Source: Thecamonas trahens ATCC 50062 (Eukaryota; Protista; Apusomonadida). Taken from it: a stretch of 64,000 bases of DNA. Position numbers and translations under genes: made by a program. The stretch is taken from assembly GCF_000142905.1 (NCBI RefSeq), contig NW_013657657.1, positions 248,001 to 312,000 of the forward strand. Reading direction: 5' to 3'. The notes under the pieces are model-generated. The model was not told where the DNA came from, did not search any database, and saw only the letters and a list, made by a program, of their open reading frames with translations. Below, piece by piece: positions 61,687 through 64,000 of this stretch. Every line of letters starts with the position of its first letter. Position 1 is the stretch's first letter.

Positions 61687-63282
61687 ATGCTACGGTGCGT
61701 GCCGCGGGCGGTGGCCTGCGTACCGCCGAGGGTGACCGGTCACCTCGGCCGCGAGCTGTCCAAGGTCGCGTATCTGACCGATGTGGAAGGCAACTGGGCG
61801 TACTTTGTGCGATGTGTTGAGGCCTCGCCGGTGCTGTCGTTTGCAGAGGCGACGTCCGACGAGGCGGTCGAGGCACTGGCAGCGGCGCGGATCGAAAGCG
61901 GCGTCGGCTCGCAGGCCGAGGCTCTGGCGGCGCTGCGGGCCTTTCCGCCGCACGCGCTCCGGCTAGCGCCCGATGCTGGACTGGTCTTTGGCGGCGATGT
62001 CTTTGACCGCGGCCTTGGCGACATCACTTGCCTCACTGCGCTGGTGGGCATCAAAGAGCGCTATCCGGATCGGGTGTTTTGGACCCTCGGCAACCGTGAC
62101 ATCAACAAGGCCCGGCTGGCGTCCGAGCTGGCGGATCCGGCCGAGCTGGCCCGCCACCCGGCGGCGGTCGGCGGCCCGTACTGGGTCCCCAAGCTCTTTC
62201 GCCACCCGTGGGAGCTGTATCTGGCTCGCAAAGGCCTTCTTGGTTCGTCTTGGCAGCACGACGGGTTTACTAAGCTCCGCTACCTGCTGCAGCGGACGAT
62301 GGGCTGCGACGGGCGAACAATCGCCCACCGCAGACTCGAGCTTGCCGTGCTGGCCGGAGGTGGGCCAGAGGACGTGCGCAGTGTGTCGGACGCCGACGTG
62401 CTGCGATCGTTCACGACGCTTGTGGCGCCCGATCCAGACTCGCTCTTTGCACGCTACCTCCGCTACGGCTCAGTGGCGGTCCGCCTCGGCGACGCGCTGT
62501 TTGTGCACGGGGCGGTCGACCAGCCGTCGCTGGCCGTTGTTCCGAGCTGGGTCGGCTACCGCTCAGACCGCAGGGCCTCTGCTGACGTGCCTTACGCGGC
62601 TTACCCGCCGATGGTCTCGGCACCGGCGCCGACCGCGCTTGAGGACATGGACGTCGACGCCTGGGTTCGCGACATCAACGCCTGGATCCAGTCCGAGGTC
62701 TCGGACTGGCTTGATCATCCCCACTACGATGCCGACCGCTGCCACCGCGGCGGCGAAGGCCTCATCGGCTATGCCAATCAGTCATGTATGTCGTCGCGGA
62801 CTGTCGTCTACAACTCGTGGCTCACCAATGGCCACCCGGTGGCTCCTGGCCCGGGCCTCGCCGGCGCGCTCGCCGGCGCGGGCATCCGCCGCGTCTTTTC
62901 CGGCCACCAGCCGTTTGGCGACCACCCGCTAGTCATGAAGGCCCACGGCGTGAAAGTCGTCACCGCAGACACCTCGTACTCGGACGTCAACGCCGACGAC
63001 AATCGCGGCGCCGCTGTCGCCAGCATCGTCTGTAACCTTGATCCGTCGGCGCCCGACACCCACATCACCGGTCGACTTGCCTGTGGCGCCGGCTTTGATT
63101 TCCTCGTCGATGCCGACGACCTCATCGGCCGCCACTGCTACTCTTCGGTTGGCAGCGAGTGGATCACTGCCTACCTTCCGGGCTCTTCCCACTACGTCCT
63201 CCGCTCCGGCGCCGGCTTTGACGTCTCGCACCGGCTGGTCTCGCCCGACGAGGCGCTGGCTGTTGTCACCAGCGGAGTGTGA
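61687..63282 (+). CDS. Calcineurin-like metallophosphoesterase with variant motifs and a probable mitochondrial transit peptide
   Basis: YLTDVEGN, FGGDVFDRG, LGNRDINK, FVHG, SGHQPFG, ADTSYS. N-terminus is MLRCVPRAVACVPPRV. Confidence 0.8.
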   Translation: MLRCVPRAVACVPPRVTGHLGRELSKVAYLTDVEGNWAYFVRCVEASPVLSFAEATSDEAVEALAAARIESGVGSQAEALAALRAFPPHALRLAPDAGLVFGGDVFDRGLGDITCLTALVGIKERYPDRVFWTLGNRDINKARLASELADPAELARHPAAVGGPYWVPKLFRHPWELYLARKGLLGSSWQHDGFTKLRYLLQRTMGCDGRTIAHRRLELAVLAGGGPEDVRSVSDADVLRSFTTLVAPDPDSLFARYLRYGSVAVRLGDALFVHGAVDQPSLAVVPSWVGYRSDRRASADVPYAAYPPMVSAPAPTALEDMDVDAWVRDINAWIQSEVSDWLDHPHYDADRCHRGGEGLIGYANQSCMSSRTVVYNSWLTNGHPVAPGPGLAGALAGAGIRRVFSGHQPFGDHPLVMKAHGVKVVTADTSYSDVNADDNRGAAVASIVCNLDPSAPDTHITGRLACGAGFDFLVDADDLIGRHCYSSVGSEWITAYLPGSSHYVLRSGAGFDVSHRLVSPDEALAVVTSGV

Positions 63283-64000
63283 CAAGGCAAAAAATACCTT
63301 ATGCCGCACCATGAGGAATAAGCCACTCGCCACCGTCGAGCTACCATTTGCTGGCTCATTCACCATTGCTTCTCGCCAACGTACGTTATCAGCAGCCAAA
63401 CGAACGAGTGTCACCAGCGAGCAAGACGCTCTGAGGCTAGCCAGGGGCAGCTTTTGAGGGAGGCAGACAGCGAGGGAGAGCAAAGGCAGGAACAGAGCTA
63501 GCCATAGCTTCCCCTCCTATCCCAAGTATCCTTCCCCTCCTCTACCCCTCTATCTCCCTTGCTCCTTCTACCGTACCACCACTGGCCTATCCGCTCCATC
63601 GCTGACCCTCTCCCTCTGCGCCACACTCCACCCACAACAGGGTATCCCCACTCCAGCACGCCCCCTCCCACACACAAACACATACTCACTCCCGTCCCCT
63701 CCTCCTCCTCCCTCCCCTCCATCCCCCCTCCCCTCCCCTTCTCCTATCTCCCCACTCTCATCCATTCTCTATCCCCTGGCTACGGTCACACTCCCCAACA
63801 CACCTACTCGTGGCCGTCTCGACTTCTGTTCCGCAGTCGTTCACCTCGCACCAGGTAGAGCGGAGGCAGCAAAGGGCGGACAACCAGGTCGAGCCCGTTC
63901 CTCAGCGAGGGAAAGGCTTGGCAACCGACTGGTACAGAGCGGGTGGGACTCTGGAAGCACATACTTGGTTGAGGCCACTGAGGCTTATGGGCTGTGGTTC

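Noticed and set aside
1-64000. tRNA, rRNA or transposon genes
   Set aside because: None recognisable by eye; tRNAscan-SE, Infernal and RepeatModeler would be needed to exclude them.

Overview
GC-rich, gene-dense, intron-poor eukaryotic genomic DNA with three N-gaps; it is not prokaryotic. The gene set points to a flagellated unicellular relative of opisthokonts. An apusomonad such as Thecamonas would fit, but that is inference. About 28 protein genes can be reconstructed: GCLM (3' part), a PY-motif/UBA protein, p22phox (CYBA), STARD3 (MENTAL+START), TFIP11, a bacterial-type MgtC, a bacterial-type FAD/Fe-S D-lactate dehydrogenase, a GT61+GT7+ILEI fusion glycosyltransferase, a KG/KS-repeat protein, Na+/K+-ATPase alpha, PINX1, two tandem ~2300-aa HormR/Sushi/multi-TM receptor paralogs, BCCIP, SAS-6, CFAP45, cyclin T/K, a RibD_C-like reductase, a FAM166-like ciliary protein, a degenerate HIT protein, FANCJ, COQ5, a three-exon V-ATPase subunit e missing from the ORF track, CCDC15 and an atypical metallophosphoesterase. 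The most notable points are: the tandem giant receptors with patchwork near-identity; the xylosyltransferase-galactosyltransferase fusion; four -1 frameshifts, all in short C/G runs (probably assembly errors); a dominant GTACG(T) 5' splice consensus; and convergent genes whose stop codons overlap. All family assignments come from recalled motif similarity; no database search was run.
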